Source of the DNA: Octopus vulgaris
Taxonomy: Eukaryota
Assembly (NCBI GenBank): GCA_951406725.2
Contig: OX597821.1
Span: 90,024,001 to 90,088,000, forward strand
Reading direction: 5' to 3'
Length of the DNA stretch: 64,000 bases
The notes under the pieces were generated by a model. That model searched no databases and was not told the origin of the DNA. It worked only from the letters and a program-made list of their open reading frames with translations. The position numbers were made by a program, and so were the translations under genes. Of this stretch, positions 39,061-53,049 are shown in pieces. Numbering within the stretch: the first letter of the stretch is position 1; each line of letters begins with the position of its first letter.

Positions 39061-39227
39061 ATTTTCTCTCTCCTCTTTTTCTCTCCTTGTTTTTTCTGTG
39101 TCCCTTTCTGTAGAAGAGCGTAGGCTCGAAACGTAAAAGACTTTTTTCTATTCCTGAGCGTTATACTAATACATTTGTTTGTTTTGTACACCACCTGCTT
39201 TCGTCTTTTGTTTTTTTCGTAAACGCG

Positions 39228-39230
<3 letters not shown>
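39061..39230 (+). mobile_element. Family C pseudo-LTR
   Basis: Reverse-complement homologue of 8409-8560; between (TA)n tracts. Confidence 0.75.
39104..39139 (+). ncRNA. Minimal hammerhead ribozyme, U6 core variant (family C)
   Basis: CTTT CTGTAGA A GAGC-GTAG-GCTC GAA ACGT A AAAG: perfect 4-bp stems I and II, palindromic helix III ACGT, GUA triplet. Confidence 0.65.
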
Positions 39231-39313
<83 letters not shown>

Positions 39314-39704
39314 ATTGCATAGACATAACGAGGCTCTCTGCTTCGAAGACAAACGCACGCACACATCAATATATACACACATATATATGTATACGTATAT
39401 AAAGGCATTCTTCCATTTCTGCACTACCAAACTTCACTCACACGGCATTGGTCGATCCACGTTTATAAGAAAAAAAAACACCAGCCGTTAATGCATACAC
39501 AGTAAGAACGATCCTTAGGACATTTTAAACAACACAGCACCGATTGAAACACGCACCCACCAACACCACCACCCCACTTATAATATATTATACTATGTTA
39601 TATTGAACTATGATACATAATATTATATTTTACTCATATACTATAAACACGATAATATTTTAGCTATCGTGGAGTCACCTGGCTTAGTAGTTTGTTTGCA
39701 CGTC

Positions 39705-39910
39705 GTGGCAGAACCGTTAGCACGCCGGGCGAAATGCGTAGCCGTATTTCGTCTGCCGTTACGTTCTGAGTTCAAATTCCTCTGAGGTTGACTTTGCCTT
39801 TTATCCTTTCGGGGTCGATAAATTAAGTACCAGTTACGAACTGGGGTCGATGCAATTGACTTAATTCGTTTGTCTGTCCTTGTTAGTTCCCTGTGAGTAA
39901 TAACAAAAAC
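39705..39910 (+). mobile_element. SINE family S3, followed by an S2-related fragment to ~40010
   Basis: Matches the 21013 unit. Confidence 0.9.
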
Positions 39911-40711
39911 AATTAATGATCGTAAGACTGTTGGTTCGATTCCCGGACCGGATGATGCATTGTGTTCTTGAGCAAAACACTTCATTTCTCGCTGCTTCAC
40001 TCCACTCATCTATGTATATATATATATGGGTGTGTATGTGTGTGAGAGAGAGATAGAAAGTTAAGAGGTGGAGTGAGATTTGTAAATGCATATATGCATG
40101 TAGGTTTGTGTGTAAGTTGGTATATGTATGAATACATGCACATCATGATGTTTTCCAGGCTTTTAGTTATCTCTTCTTTTCTGTCAGTCAGTATTTTTAA
40201 TTAACCTTACTTCCTCCTCTTCCTCCCCTTCTCACTTAGTCCTGCCCCTTTTGTATACTCTTCTTGCTTTCTTTCTGACTTTGTGACTCCAATATCTCTT
40301 TTTTTTTTCTCTCTAATAGCATAACCTCCCGTTCTCTGTCTCCATGTATTACTTCTCACTCTCTGCCTCTTATCCCATGACATCTGCCGCCTCTTGTGCT
40401 CCTAAATTTCTCGCTTAATCTTCCTTCATAAAATAATCCAACCTACTTTTCGTTTTGTTTTATTTCATTTCATTTCATCTCATTTGTTTCTGTCTATCTA
40501 TTTTTCTATCTTACGTAAACAAATCTCCTCATCACAACTGCTCCACTAAACGAAAAATATTGCCAGGATCCACTTTTTACAAATCACACTCTACCATCTT
40601 ACAATAACAGGATACATAAGCTAATCTGATATTTGGGGAAGGACACAGCTGGAATGGGACTCCCTTAGAGCAAATAACAACAACAATAGCAAGGACCAAA
40701 TCAACCATTAG

Positions 40712-41133
40712 TTACTCTTACTCTTACTCTTTTACTCTTTTACTCTTTTCCTTGTTTCAGTCATTTGACTGCGGCCATGCTGGAGCACCGCCTTTAATCG
40801 AGCAACTCGACCCCGGGACTTATTCTTTGTAAGCCCATCTATCGGTCCCTTTTGCCGAACCGCTAAGTGACGGGGACATAAACACACTAGCATCGGTTGT
40901 CAAGCAATGCTAGGGGGACAAACACAGACACACAAACACATACACACACATACATATATATACATATATACGACAGGCTTCTTTCAGTTTCCGTCTACCA
41001 AATCCACTCACAAGGCATTGGTCGGCCTGGGGCTATGGTAGAAGACACTTGCCCAAGATGCCACGCAGTGGGACTGAACCCGGAACCATGTGGTTGGTTA
41101 GCAAGCTACTTACCACACAGCCACTCCTGCGCC
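40712..41133 (-). mobile_element. SINE family S1
   Basis: Reverse complement of the 19687 copy with a (TACTCTTT)n tail. Confidence 0.95.
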
Positions 41134-41491
41134 TATTTTTTCTGACGAAATCCACGAGGAAACTATGTTGTGCAATAATATTTTCTGCATTATTGCTTTA
41201 TTCTGCGTTAGGCATGTACTCCTTATAGTTGGTGGGACAGTGGTGCTCCTCTATAGCAGATGTATAGAATGGACCCATAATGTTTGCAACTGATGCATGC
41301 GCAATCGAATTTATAAATTATGAGGTCATTAGTATCTTATAGGTGAGTATTCGTGTTTATGGTTCGTTATGAGATGCGGCATCTTTCTTCTCCCTCTTCT
41401 CTCTCTGTTAGTGTTTTTCACTGTACCTCTCCCTTTTTATCTCTCTACCCACCACTCATTATATATCTTCCTTAATACCATATGTCTATGA

Positions 41492-41897
41492 TGGCAGAAT
41501 CGTTAGCACGCCGGGCGAAATGCTGAGTGGTATTTCGTCTGCTGTTACGTTCTGAGTTCAAATTCCTCCGAACTCGACTTTGCCTTTCATCATTTCGGGG
41601 TCGATAAATTAAGTACCAGTTACGCACTGGGGTTGATATAATCGACTTAATAACCTTTGTCTTTCCTTGTTTGTTGCCTCTGTGGTTAGCCCCTTGTGCG
41701 TAGTAAAGAAATAGGTATTTCGTCTGCCGCTACGTTCTGAGTTCAAATTCCTCCGAGCTCGACTTTGCCTTTCATCCTTTCGGGGTCGATTAAATAAGTA
41801 CCAGGTACGCACTGGGGTCGATGTAATCGACTTGATCCCTTTGTCTGTCCCTGTTTGTCCCCTCTATATGTAGCCCCCTGTGGACAATAAAGAAATA
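41492..41897 (+). mobile_element. Dimeric SINE family S3
   Basis: Same junction aaagaaata|ggtatttcgtctgcc as the 21013 dimer. Confidence 0.92.
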
Positions 41898-41913
41898 AAT
41901 ATCAACTATATAT

Positions 41914-41995
<82 letters not shown>

Positions 41996-42593
41996 CCAAT
42001 ACACCAATATCTCTCACTCTTTTCCTCCGTCTCTTTAATTATAACCATCCACCCCCCTCTCTCTCTCTCTCTCTCTCTTTCTCCTTGTATCTATCATCAT
42101 CCGCTAATACATACTCCAGCACTGCAGCAGCATATCCTACAAATTCATCTCCTCATCCCTCCACATCTCTCTCACTTTCTCCCTCGCTCTCTCTCTCTCT
42201 TTATCTCTCCCTCTATCGGAAGAATCCCTACATATCAAACGCAACTCATCAATACAGCTTCTCCCTCACACACTCACACGCTCACGCACACATTCCATCT
42301 TCCCAAACCAAATCAATGGAATCCTTTATAATAATAACAGAAGAGGGTGCCAGCCTGACTTTAGCCAATTATGGTGTCAACAAACTGCTTCTCCCATCGT
42401 CTATCATTCTGTTTTGAATAAATTCCTGATAGAAAAATCTAGAATACATCCCTTTATCACATATTGACCAATCACAATTCGCAAATATACAATGTACAAC
42501 TGAGTGATGCCTTCTTTAATATGTACATATGTGTGTGTATGTGTGCGTGCGTGTGCGTGTGTGTGGGGTGTCTGTGTATCTATATGATACATC

Positions 42594-43080
42594 GGCATAC
42601 AAGGCGGCGAGCTGGCTGAAACGCTAGCACGCCGGGCGAAATGCTTACCAGTATTTCGTCTGCCGCTACGTTCTGGGTTCAAATTCCGCCGAGGTCGACT
42701 TTACCTTTCATCCTTTCGGGGTCGATTAAATAAGTACCAGTTACGCACTGGGGTCGATATAATCGACTTAATCCGTTTGTTTGTCCCCTCTGTGTTTAGC
42801 CCCTTGTGGGTAGTAAAGAAATATATATGCATACATAGGCATACAAGGCGGCGAGCTGGCTGAAACGTTAGCACGCCGGGCGAAATGCTTAGCAGTATTT
42901 CATCTGCCGCTACGTTCTGGGTTCAAATTCCGCCGAGGTCGACTTTACCTTTCATCCTTTCAGGGTCGATTAAATAAGTACCAGTTACGCACTGGGGTCG
43001 ATATAATCGACTTAATCCGTTTGTTGTCCCCTCTGTGTTTAGCCCCTTGTGGGTAGTAAAGAAATATATATGCATACATA
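42594..43080 (+). mobile_element. Tandem duplication of an S3 SINE (244 + 243 bp units)
   Basis: Both units share private variants (gctggctgaa, ttctgggttc, tttacctttc, tail deletion). Confidence 0.92.
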
Positions 43081-43183
43081 TATATATCTACATGTGTATG
43101 TGTGTTAACACGCGCACGACAGGCGTTTCTGAGTTTCCCTCTATGAAATCTACTTACGTGTGTGCGGTCGGCTCTGAACTATA

Positions 43184-43573
43184 AAAGAGTGGTGCTGAAA
43201 ATTTCCTGGCTTTGGGTAAAAGAAAATGGAGGATCAGTTAATTATGATTTTATTTAACGTATTCCATCCAGATACTTCACACACCTATTGCAGCAGTTTT
43301 TCGAGCCCTGTTAATCAGAGGTTCACAAACGTTTTAGACCATCGAGTCTTTCATGGAATCCTTGATCCTTCATTCACACCCAGAAATGTGCAGGAACATA
43401 AATAAATAATATCAATAATTAAGTAGATATGCAGTTTCCAGGCATTTATCGACCCCTTGTTTAGTCTCATCGACCAGTCTACAGTCCTCTGCTGTAAATG
43501 AACTCGGAATTTTGGCTCCCAACCAGACCTTCCGCGAAACCCTTAAAGCCAGGTACATTTCAACGCCCCCTCG
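43184..43573. mobile_element. Mariner-type MITE, decayed
   Basis: TA flanks; GGTGCTGAAAATTTCCTGGCTTT versus AAAGCCAGGTACATTTCAACGCCCCCTCG. Confidence 0.7.
43316..43491. mobile_element. hAT MITE nested in the mariner MITE
   Basis: Ends CAGAGG...CCTCTG; 8-bp TSD ctgttaat/ctgtaaat. Confidence 0.65.
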
Positions 43574-44629
43574 TATGTATATTTTGAGCCTTCAAATTTG
43601 CGATGCTACTTTGGTGTAATGGTTAACACATATAAACCGGTTTATAACGAACGCGACGTTCGAAATTCGTAAATGAAACCTCAACATTTTGTTTACTCAG
43701 TGCATGAGATACGCTTGTTGAACATGAGGCCGCAACTTCCTTACGTTGAGAGGTTTGATTTCATTAATTTATTGAAAGTGATTTTTCTAGGATGTTGGGT
43801 AATCTAAACTCCTAAAAAAATTGGGGAAAATGTGATGTCAAAAAGTACAGAAAGAAAATAAATGGGTTTCGCGTTACGAAGGCAAACTATTGAAAAATTA
43901 TATTAACAACGATTAATTACGACTGTTAAACGGAGTTAAGTGTAATTTACTCATACAGTATTAGTGAAAATCTATAAGTTTTTGTATAGAACATTTTTAA
44001 CAATAAGGCACGCACAGCTTACAGCGTCATTAATTTATTAATCAAATTAACTACGAAGTATTATTTATGCAAATTAATTCATCTAACTTGGCGATGCCGC
44101 TAATTGTAGTGACTGTATAAGTTTTTGATAACAGTATTAAGTGGTGGGCCAACTTGCTAATAAAGATACATCAATGTCAGATTGAAAACTCTCTTGCCGA
44201 TTTCGCTATTTTTCCACAAAGAGATAGCGTAAAAAATATTCAGCGGATCTTATAAAATTTCAGTTTTGCTCATGATGTTGGCTCAAATTTATAAATTTAT
44301 ACCGCTTTGCTCTAGAGTAATACTTAAAGCATCATTAACGCGCGAGTGCACACACACGTGCGCATGTACACACATATATATATACTTACATAAGGGCATT
44401 CATATAATTTTAAAGTGTGTGTGTATGTGTAGGTGCATGTGTGCATGTGTGTTTAAGTATATATATATGCATATGATAAATAATGAATTTGATGCATTTA
44501 TTCAAGGCTTACATGTGTTTTTGATAAATATTGGAGTGGTATAGTTCAAAAATTCAATCGATTTAATCAATCGATCCGTCGTCAACTGACTGAAAAAATA
44601 ACAACCTCTGAACTAGAATGTGAATAAAT

Positions 44630-44861
44630 TATTTCTTTACTACCCACAAGAGGCTAAACACAGAGGGGACAAAGAAGGACAGACAAACGGTTAAATCAAT
44701 TACATCGACCCCAGTGCGTATCTGGTACTTAACATATCGACCCCGAAAGGATGAAAGGTAAAGTCGACCTCGGCGGAATTTGAACCCAGAACGTAGCGGC
44801 AGGCGAAATACCGCTAAGCATTTCGCCCGGCGTGCTAACGATTCTGCCAGCTCGCTGCCTT
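44630..44861 (-). mobile_element. SINE family S3
   Basis: Full length; TSD aatgtgaata. Confidence 0.93.
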
Positions 44862-44884
44862 AAATGTGAATATATGAGATGATT

Positions 44885-45290
44885 TGGCGATGTGGCTAAT
44901 CGTGATGTTAAGAAGATCGTTTCGTGACCACGTGAATGTTCGAGTTGTATCCGATTTTGTTCAATAACTTTTACTATAGCTCGGGCCTGACCAATATCTT
45001 GTAAATGAATTTAGCTAATTGAGACTGTATGGAAGTCCGTTATAAGCGTATGTGAATGTCTATACATGCATTTATGCATGTGTGGATCAGTTTTTGTGTT
45101 TGTTTTTCACTACATAATCACTGGTGTCTGTTCATGCATCTATGGAATAGCTCTTCCACACAAGAAGAAACCTACAGAATATGTACCAACCTAAAATTAA
45201 GTGCGAGAGTTGACTTGATTTGCTAGATTCTGCAAGGTGGTAAGACAGTCCACTGGAACCCAGTACCTGGGATAACAGAAAAAACTATCT
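44885..45290 (+). mobile_element. Highly decayed S1-type SINE
   Basis: actatagctcgggcctgaccaatatcttgtaaatgaattt and later motifs are collinear with S1; similar relics near 30365, 39345 and 58395. Confidence 0.55.
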
Positions 45291-45469
45291 GTGACTGTTA
45301 CCTTTCATTGTGTGTGTGTATATGTGTGGGTATGCGTGTGTGTTCTAATGGTGTTAGAAAAACTACGTATAAATTATAGCGTAGGAGTAAAATATTATGT
45401 ACTAATTGCAGGTTCTTGAACCTATTATGAAAGATATATTAAAATAGGACAGAAAACATATTGCAGCAA

Positions 45470-45828
45470 ATGGTTCCGGGTTCAGTCCCACTGCGTGGCA
45501 CCTTGCGCAAGTGTCTTCTACTATAGCCTCGGGCCGACCAAAGCCTTGTGAGTGGATTTGGTAGACGGAAACTGAAAGAAGCCCGTCGTATACATGTATA
45601 TATATATATATGCGTGTGTGTGTTTGTGTGTCTGTGTTTGTCCCCCTAGCATTGCTTGACAACCGATGCTGGTGTGTTTATGTCCCCGTTACTTAGCGGT
45701 TCGGCAAAAGAGACCGATAGAATAAATACTGGGCTTACAAAAGAATAAGTCCCGGGGTCGAGTTCATCGATTAAAGGCGGTGCTCCAGCATGGCCGCAGT
45801 CAAATGACTGAAACAAGTAAAAGAGTAA
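45470..45828 (+). mobile_element. SINE family S1, 5' truncated
   Basis: Starts just before the B box; otherwise matches the 19687 copy. Confidence 0.93.
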
Positions 45829-46243
45829 CACTAATAAATACGGATAGACTTAATCAGTAAAATTAATTAATACGAATTTCTCATAACGAACCATAAACAC
45901 GAATACTCACCAATAAGATACTAATGACCGCATAATTTATAAATTCGATTGCGCATGTGTCAGTTGCAAACATTATGGGTCCATTCTATACATGTGCTAT
46001 AGAGGAGCACCACTCTCCCACCAACTATAAGGAGTACATGCCTAACGCAGAATAAAGCAATAATGCAGAAAATAATATTGCACAACATATTTTCCTCGTG
46101 GATTTCGTCAGAAAAAAATAGACAACTAATAATGGGAATTGTTTTGATGTTTCTAATAAAACTATGTTTGCTTATATTTTCCAAAATACCACCATTTTGC
46201 TTTTGCTTCCTGCATTTTTCAAATTGTAATGGACATGCTGTAA

Positions 46244-46752
<509 letters not shown>

Positions 46753-47315
46753 AGGCACTCCAGCATTACTTTCTCATGAAAATGAGAGTAGAGTGTGCTA
46801 GAAACGTTATTGATGGATTTAGAAATTTTAATGTTCCAAATAGATTTTGAAGAACTCATATGAAATATCTGAAAAACCTTGATATAAAGAGATATAACTA
46901 AATGATAAGTCTTCAGTGCAATATTGCTTTGCAGGCAGAAATCATGATATAATCTGGCTGTAATTCGTTTTTATATCTAATACGCTCTCAGACACAAATA
47001 TCAATTCACGTTCAAGTGGTATTTTATACAGAAACAGTTTCAAGTTTTCATACGTGTACACTTTTATCAGTATTCTGAGAAGAGCCCGCGACACTATATA
47101 TATATATATACAAACACACACAAATATATATATATATATATATATATATTTAAGGGAGGGGGAGAGAAAGACAGAGACAGAGACAGACAGATAGATGGAT
47201 ATATATATATGTATATATATATATACACATATACATATACATGCAAACACATGTATATATGTGTGGGTATGTATATATGCAATATGTAAATGTATGCATA
47301 CGTATATAGATACAT

Positions 47316-47352
<37 letters not shown>

Positions 47353-47762
47353 ATATTAATTATATAAGCAGTTCTCTGTGCACGCACACATGTTTATTAC
47401 ATGTATATATATGTCTGTCTATCGTCTCTCTTTCTATGCGTATGTACACTCACACGTTTATATATAGATGAATGCATATATATTCTCATAGAAAGAACGA
47501 TAGATTTATATGTGTGTGCGAGTAGAGAGAAAGGTGTGAGCGACTAGCATGTATAGTTAAAATTTCATATACACATGCTGAGACGTGCATCGTCACATAC
47601 ACGTGCATTTATTCGTTTAAAATGTGGACATGTGCGATGCTTATAGGCATATGAGTGTATGTATGCATACTCATGTGCCCGTGAGCATCTCTCTTAATAT
47701 ATACACATATATACATATATACTTTCACACATACATATATACATTTATACCCATGCAAGTGC

Positions 47763-47840
<78 letters not shown>

Positions 47841-48336
47841 ATATACATGCGCAGTCATACATGTACATACGCACGTGTGTAAGGAATTATGAATCATCAA
47901 ATGTTTAATCTTCTTTAATGCCACATGATGTAACAAAAGTATTTGATTTATGGGGTCAAACTTTCTACAGAACACTTTGTTTCATCTCTTGATTTCACTG
48001 TATCCTAATCAATCCTTAACAAAATCGTTCCCAATTCAATATGTATAAATCAATAAACAAAACATTAAGAAGAAAACAAGAGATCAGTTGGAAATCTGAA
48101 TTATGTTTGATGAGTTATCATAAAAAAAAAAAGAAGAAAAAAAATTGTGCACGTATTTCAAAAGATCCTCATTATTACTACTTTGGTTTCCTGGAAAACA
48201 CAGACACACACACACACACACATACACGCAACTACTCACTCACATACACGTACACATATACACACATATGAACACAGACAGAAACACACTCTCACATGGT
48301 CATATAAAATTGTACATATTTATATATATTTGTGTG

Positions 48337-48385
<49 letters not shown>

Positions 48386-48548
48386 GCATATATGAAAAAA
48401 TATATTCATATATATTTATACACACGCATACGTGAACACACACCTATACATACGTGCATGTATGTTTGTTCGTATGTGGCCTTGTATATATTCTAAATAT
48501 CCTTTCGTTACCCTCTATGTATGTATGAATATATATGTATATATGTAC

Positions 48549-48623
<75 letters not shown>

Positions 48624-48977
48624 TGTATGTATATATGTGTACTTATCAATCTATCGGTCTATCTATCAGTCTGTCTAAACGCACACATACAGTATACACA
48701 CATAAACACACGAGAAAACATGCATTTACACGCATAACTGAGATTTTAAGAAATCCACTCTTCTACAGCATAGTTCCCTGTTTCATCCCGCTTTGTGGTG
48801 TCTTATATACGCGCCTTCTTTTGTGACATCTGGTGGTGTAAAGCCATTTTAGTGCAATTCCTTTGATAGAATTAGTATTGTAATCCATCTTCTCGCTCCC
48901 TCTATCCCCATCTCTCTCTCTTTCTCTCTCTCTATATACATATAATTGATTTATATCTGCGTCGTTATATATATATA

Positions 48978-49022
<45 letters not shown>

Positions 49023-49023
<1 letters not shown>

Positions 49024-49404
49024 TAAGTAATTAAGGGTTTAGCAACGATTTGCCTCACCACACACCGAATTTAGAAATAGCAGTCAAAGAGTTATGGCTA
49101 TTCTTTCTACTTAAAAGAGAGATCTCAGTAAAACCACAGCACTTAAAAGGCAAACAACGCAGGTAAAAGAGAAAGAAATGACGACAATCATTCCATATTA
49201 AGTCACCTACGGACGTACGTTTCGAAATTAAGTCGTAGGAAAGCATAAAAATTAAATAATTATGTCTTACCCGACTACTTTTCTCCTCAGCGTAGGACTC
49301 TACAATTATAGATAATTGTGTATTAAATTTGGAGGCACTAGAAGACATCACTTCAACTCATGGTATCAGAGCGAGCGTAAGCCGTGACCAGTACCACCAA
49401 ATTC
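49023..49404 (-). mobile_element. (TA)n-embedded HHR element, family D (probable PLE pseudo-LTR)
   Basis: Single-copy 380-bp insert between (TA)n tracts containing a canonical HHR. Confidence 0.65.
49206..49296 (-). ncRNA. Type I hammerhead ribozyme, fully canonical core, long stem II (family D)
   Basis: CCTACG CTGAGGA GAAA..AGTCG...CGACT..TTTC GAA ACGTACGT C CGTAGG: 6-bp stem I, palindromic helix III, GUC triplet; predicted cut between 49212 and 49211. Confidence 0.85.
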
Positions 49405-49424
49405 ATATATATATATGTAAATGT

Positions 49425-49612
49425 AAAAAATTACAATCTGGGACAAGAACGTGAATCATTTAGAAGACGATACAAAAAACACGGACGAGACATTCGAAGC
49501 CTTCAATCTTCAGTCAAGAACCGGATCATCTTCACAATTTCGGCTGATTAATCTTGAGATTGCTCCAATCTGGCCAGCCCCACAGGAAAATCTAAGCCAA
49601 GCGCATTAGATT

Positions 49613-49615
<3 letters not shown>
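49425..49615. mobile_element. Repeat family E copy
   Basis: Homologous to 32845-33030; (TA)n flanks. Confidence 0.6.
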
Positions 49616-49702
<87 letters not shown>

Positions 49703-50369
49703 ACATATATGTCTGTATACATACATGTATATTCATATATGTATGTGTGTGTGTTTGTGCGTTGTGTGTGCGCGTTCAGTACTTGAATGAAAGACTTCGG
49801 GGTAGACGAAAAGAAGGACTGAGAGCGCTTGAGAGCAGTAGGGTATCAAAATATGTCTGCTGAGCTGAGAATTGAAATTTCATAGCTCTGAGCTTCTTGA
49901 CTCAGATTGTAAAGCAAAACCTGAAAAATGAAATTGAGAACTGTTAAAAGAAATATCCAGAAAAGGATATCAAAACGAGTATTTGATTAGGTGTATGCGG
50001 GAAAGGAAAATTCGAACTATAATGATAATATCGATTTTGCATGTAACAAAATAAAAAAGATAATTATTTGAGTGTTCATAAGATACTTGAAAACTAAAAA
50101 AAAAAAAAAATTACAATACAAATCAATCGTATTAGACGAAGCTATTTTCAGCCAAACAGAGAATGTCATTCGGACTCAGTTAATGTAACATCAAAGGAAG
50201 AAAGAAAAAAAACAGAAAGTGTAAAAGTAACAAAGAATGAACAGAAGACAATAATGAGAGAGAAATCGTTATAATGAGTTAATGAGGAAAAATATCGTAG
50301 ATTCTTATTACGCCTTTGAAATTAAACGTCCTTTCATAAACCATGTATGATGGTCACAACCCTGCTACA

Positions 50370-50370
<1 letters not shown>

Positions 50371-50419
<49 letters not shown>

Positions 50420-50472
50420 ATAGTAGTAGTAGTAGTAGCAGCAGTAGTAGTAGTAGCAGTAGTAGTAGTAGC

Positions 50473-50510
<38 letters not shown>

Positions 50511-50692
50511 CAGTAGTAGTAGTGGCAGCAGTAGTAGTAGTAGTAGTAGTAATGGCAGCAGCAGCAGAAGTAGTAGTAGAAGTAGTAGGAGCAGCAGCAA
50601 CAGTATCACTAGTAGTAATAGTAGTAGTAGTAGTAGTAGTAGTGGCAGCAGCAGAAGTAGTAGTAGTAGCAGTAGTTGTAGTAGTAGTAGTG

Positions 50693-50765
<73 letters not shown>

Positions 50766-50782
50766 CGGTGGTGGTGGTAGTG

Positions 50783-50823
<41 letters not shown>

Positions 50824-50832
50824 TGTTGTTGT
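50371..50832. repeat. (AGT)n trinucleotide repeat with AGC/GGT/TGT interruptions
   Basis: Direct, ~460 bp. Confidence 0.97.
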
Positions 50833-53049
50833 TAATTCTCTTCTAATCCTGTTGAATGACGGCTGTGCATCACTCAGGCGACAAGCCTCCTGCCAACGGA
50901 CCTGTTCGAGTAGCGGCTGCTGGTGAAAGTTTTATGAAGTCGCAGGGCAAATTCGATCTCAACATCTTGCGACACGGTGAGGATACGTTGGGCCTATATT
51001 TGATATACCGATCCCTACATAGCATTTGAGCTTCGGTAAATAAAGTGTTTTGCGCAAGAATACAAACCGCCTCTCGGTCCGGTAATGAAATCCACGATTT
51101 GACGATCGCGAATGCAACAACCTAGAAACAGAAAATAGATCGTTAAAGAGGATACAAGGATGAAATTGAAAGACATCTGAAACTTTATGATAGATCTGCC
51201 TATTGAAAATTATACAAATTTTTCAATTTGTAAAAACATTTATTTAGGATATCGTTTCGCGAATTCAAGTTGTTTTTGTTCACCAGTTATTGTAAAATAT
51301 TTTCTTTTGTCCGGCGATAACAAACTTCGTTCATCAATGAACATGCTGCTCCGGAATTAGATTCAAAAGCAAGGATGAACCACTTTTAAATAAGACTTAT
51401 GTCAAAATTTTACATTAATATCGAAATACATAAAAAAAATCCCATAGATTTAATTTAGCAGGGCGTTTGAACAAGGAATATTTGTACGAGTAAAATCGTG
51501 TCTTGAATATGTTAAATGTTTTTGGTTGGCATCATTATTCAGTCTACCTTGACACAGTATACCAAGTAATTGATAATTTAGTTTTCATGAAGTTGGCATT
51601 TAATAGAGTTTCTACAATTACTTGCTGTGGGGTTTTGATATTACTACTATTTCAAGCTTTGCATTAATTGAATTTATCTGATTGAATCTATGAACAAATA
51701 TTCCACATACCAAAAGTGTGATGATAATAGATGATATTATTTATATAAACAACGTTAAAATAACAGAACGGGTGACAGAAAATGAGGAGCATGAAGGAAC
51801 GTGAGGGTGAGTGATAAAGAAGAGATTATAGAGGTGTTGGAAACTGTGAACAAAGACAGTTGACAACGGCCTTGGAGAGTAGAAAAACAGGAAGATGATT
51901 GGGCAGGAACTTCACGGAAAGTAGGTGGTTATCGTATTGAAATGAGTGTAAAGAAAAAATTCAGTCACTGAAAAATTCAATCACTAAATGGAAAAGTTTT
52001 AAGTATAAGTGGAAATGTGATTGATTTTGAAATAAAAGACGTTTTGCCTTACGACGTTGTCAACCACTCTGAGATGAAGGCACAATCTGGGAAGCAATAG
52101 TGATGCCAGTAGGTCACAACGACACAAAGAATTGCAGATGTTTGCCACTTATGGAAAAAGAGAAAGGGGGAAGCATGTGTGTAACGAATTTATAATTTAG
52201 TGAATTAATGATTTGATAAAATAATAAATTAGTGAAGATGCTGAATAAATAAAGCGATGAAATAATTTAAAAATCAATAAGCTTGAGGTTTCTTAATGAG
52301 GAACAAGAATTAGCTAATTAAGTGTAAGAGAAGTAAAGTTAAGGATAATATGAAAAATATGAAGGGAAGTGATTATTATGATAATTGTCATAATAAATCT
52401 GTGATGTTAATTCTTATTCTTCGTGCAACTGCAACCGAAATTCGTTTTACCACGTTGTGTCAGGAATCTCTAGAGTTCTCCAAGAAAGAACAAAGATAAA
52501 TGAATCACTTGCAACAAATAAAATACATTAATGGTACAGTGAAAATATGCAAAATATTCCAGGAATTCTCTTTCTGAGTTTCCTTGCTTGAACATAAGCA
52601 CACAACTAATCATGCGTGCCAATATTATAAACACATGTAGACACACACAGAAGTTGGAATAAAGAATGCTACTTGTGCATTAAAAGTAGCATGCACGCTT
52701 ACTACATGGGTGTAAATTTACTCCCCCACCACACACACATACACACACATGTATAAACACGGTCATGTCTAAATATCTAAATACTTACAAACTAATTTAC
52801 ATATCAACAAACCCCAGGCGTTGACTTGGTTTTCAAAAACGCTCTGTTCAAAGAAATTTTCAGACAGACATATATACATTCATACATATGTGGTCCGATA
52901 GAGACATGCTGGTATGGAAGACTATTCATTCCTCTTGATAATGAATACTATGTCCCGTAAAGTTTTACCATAATTTTTGTAATTCATATATACCAGGTAA
53001 ATGAAATAACTATCTTTGAGTAATAACAAATCCTTTCGAAAATGTCGTA

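Noticed and set aside
48735-48775. Minus-strand CTGTAGAAGAG matching the family C core
   Set aside because: GAAA is absent and there is no stem I or flanking homology.
50334-50926. Poly-Ser / poly-Val / poly-Leu ORFs
   Set aside because: Reading frames of an (AGT)n repeat; no supporting splice or coding context.
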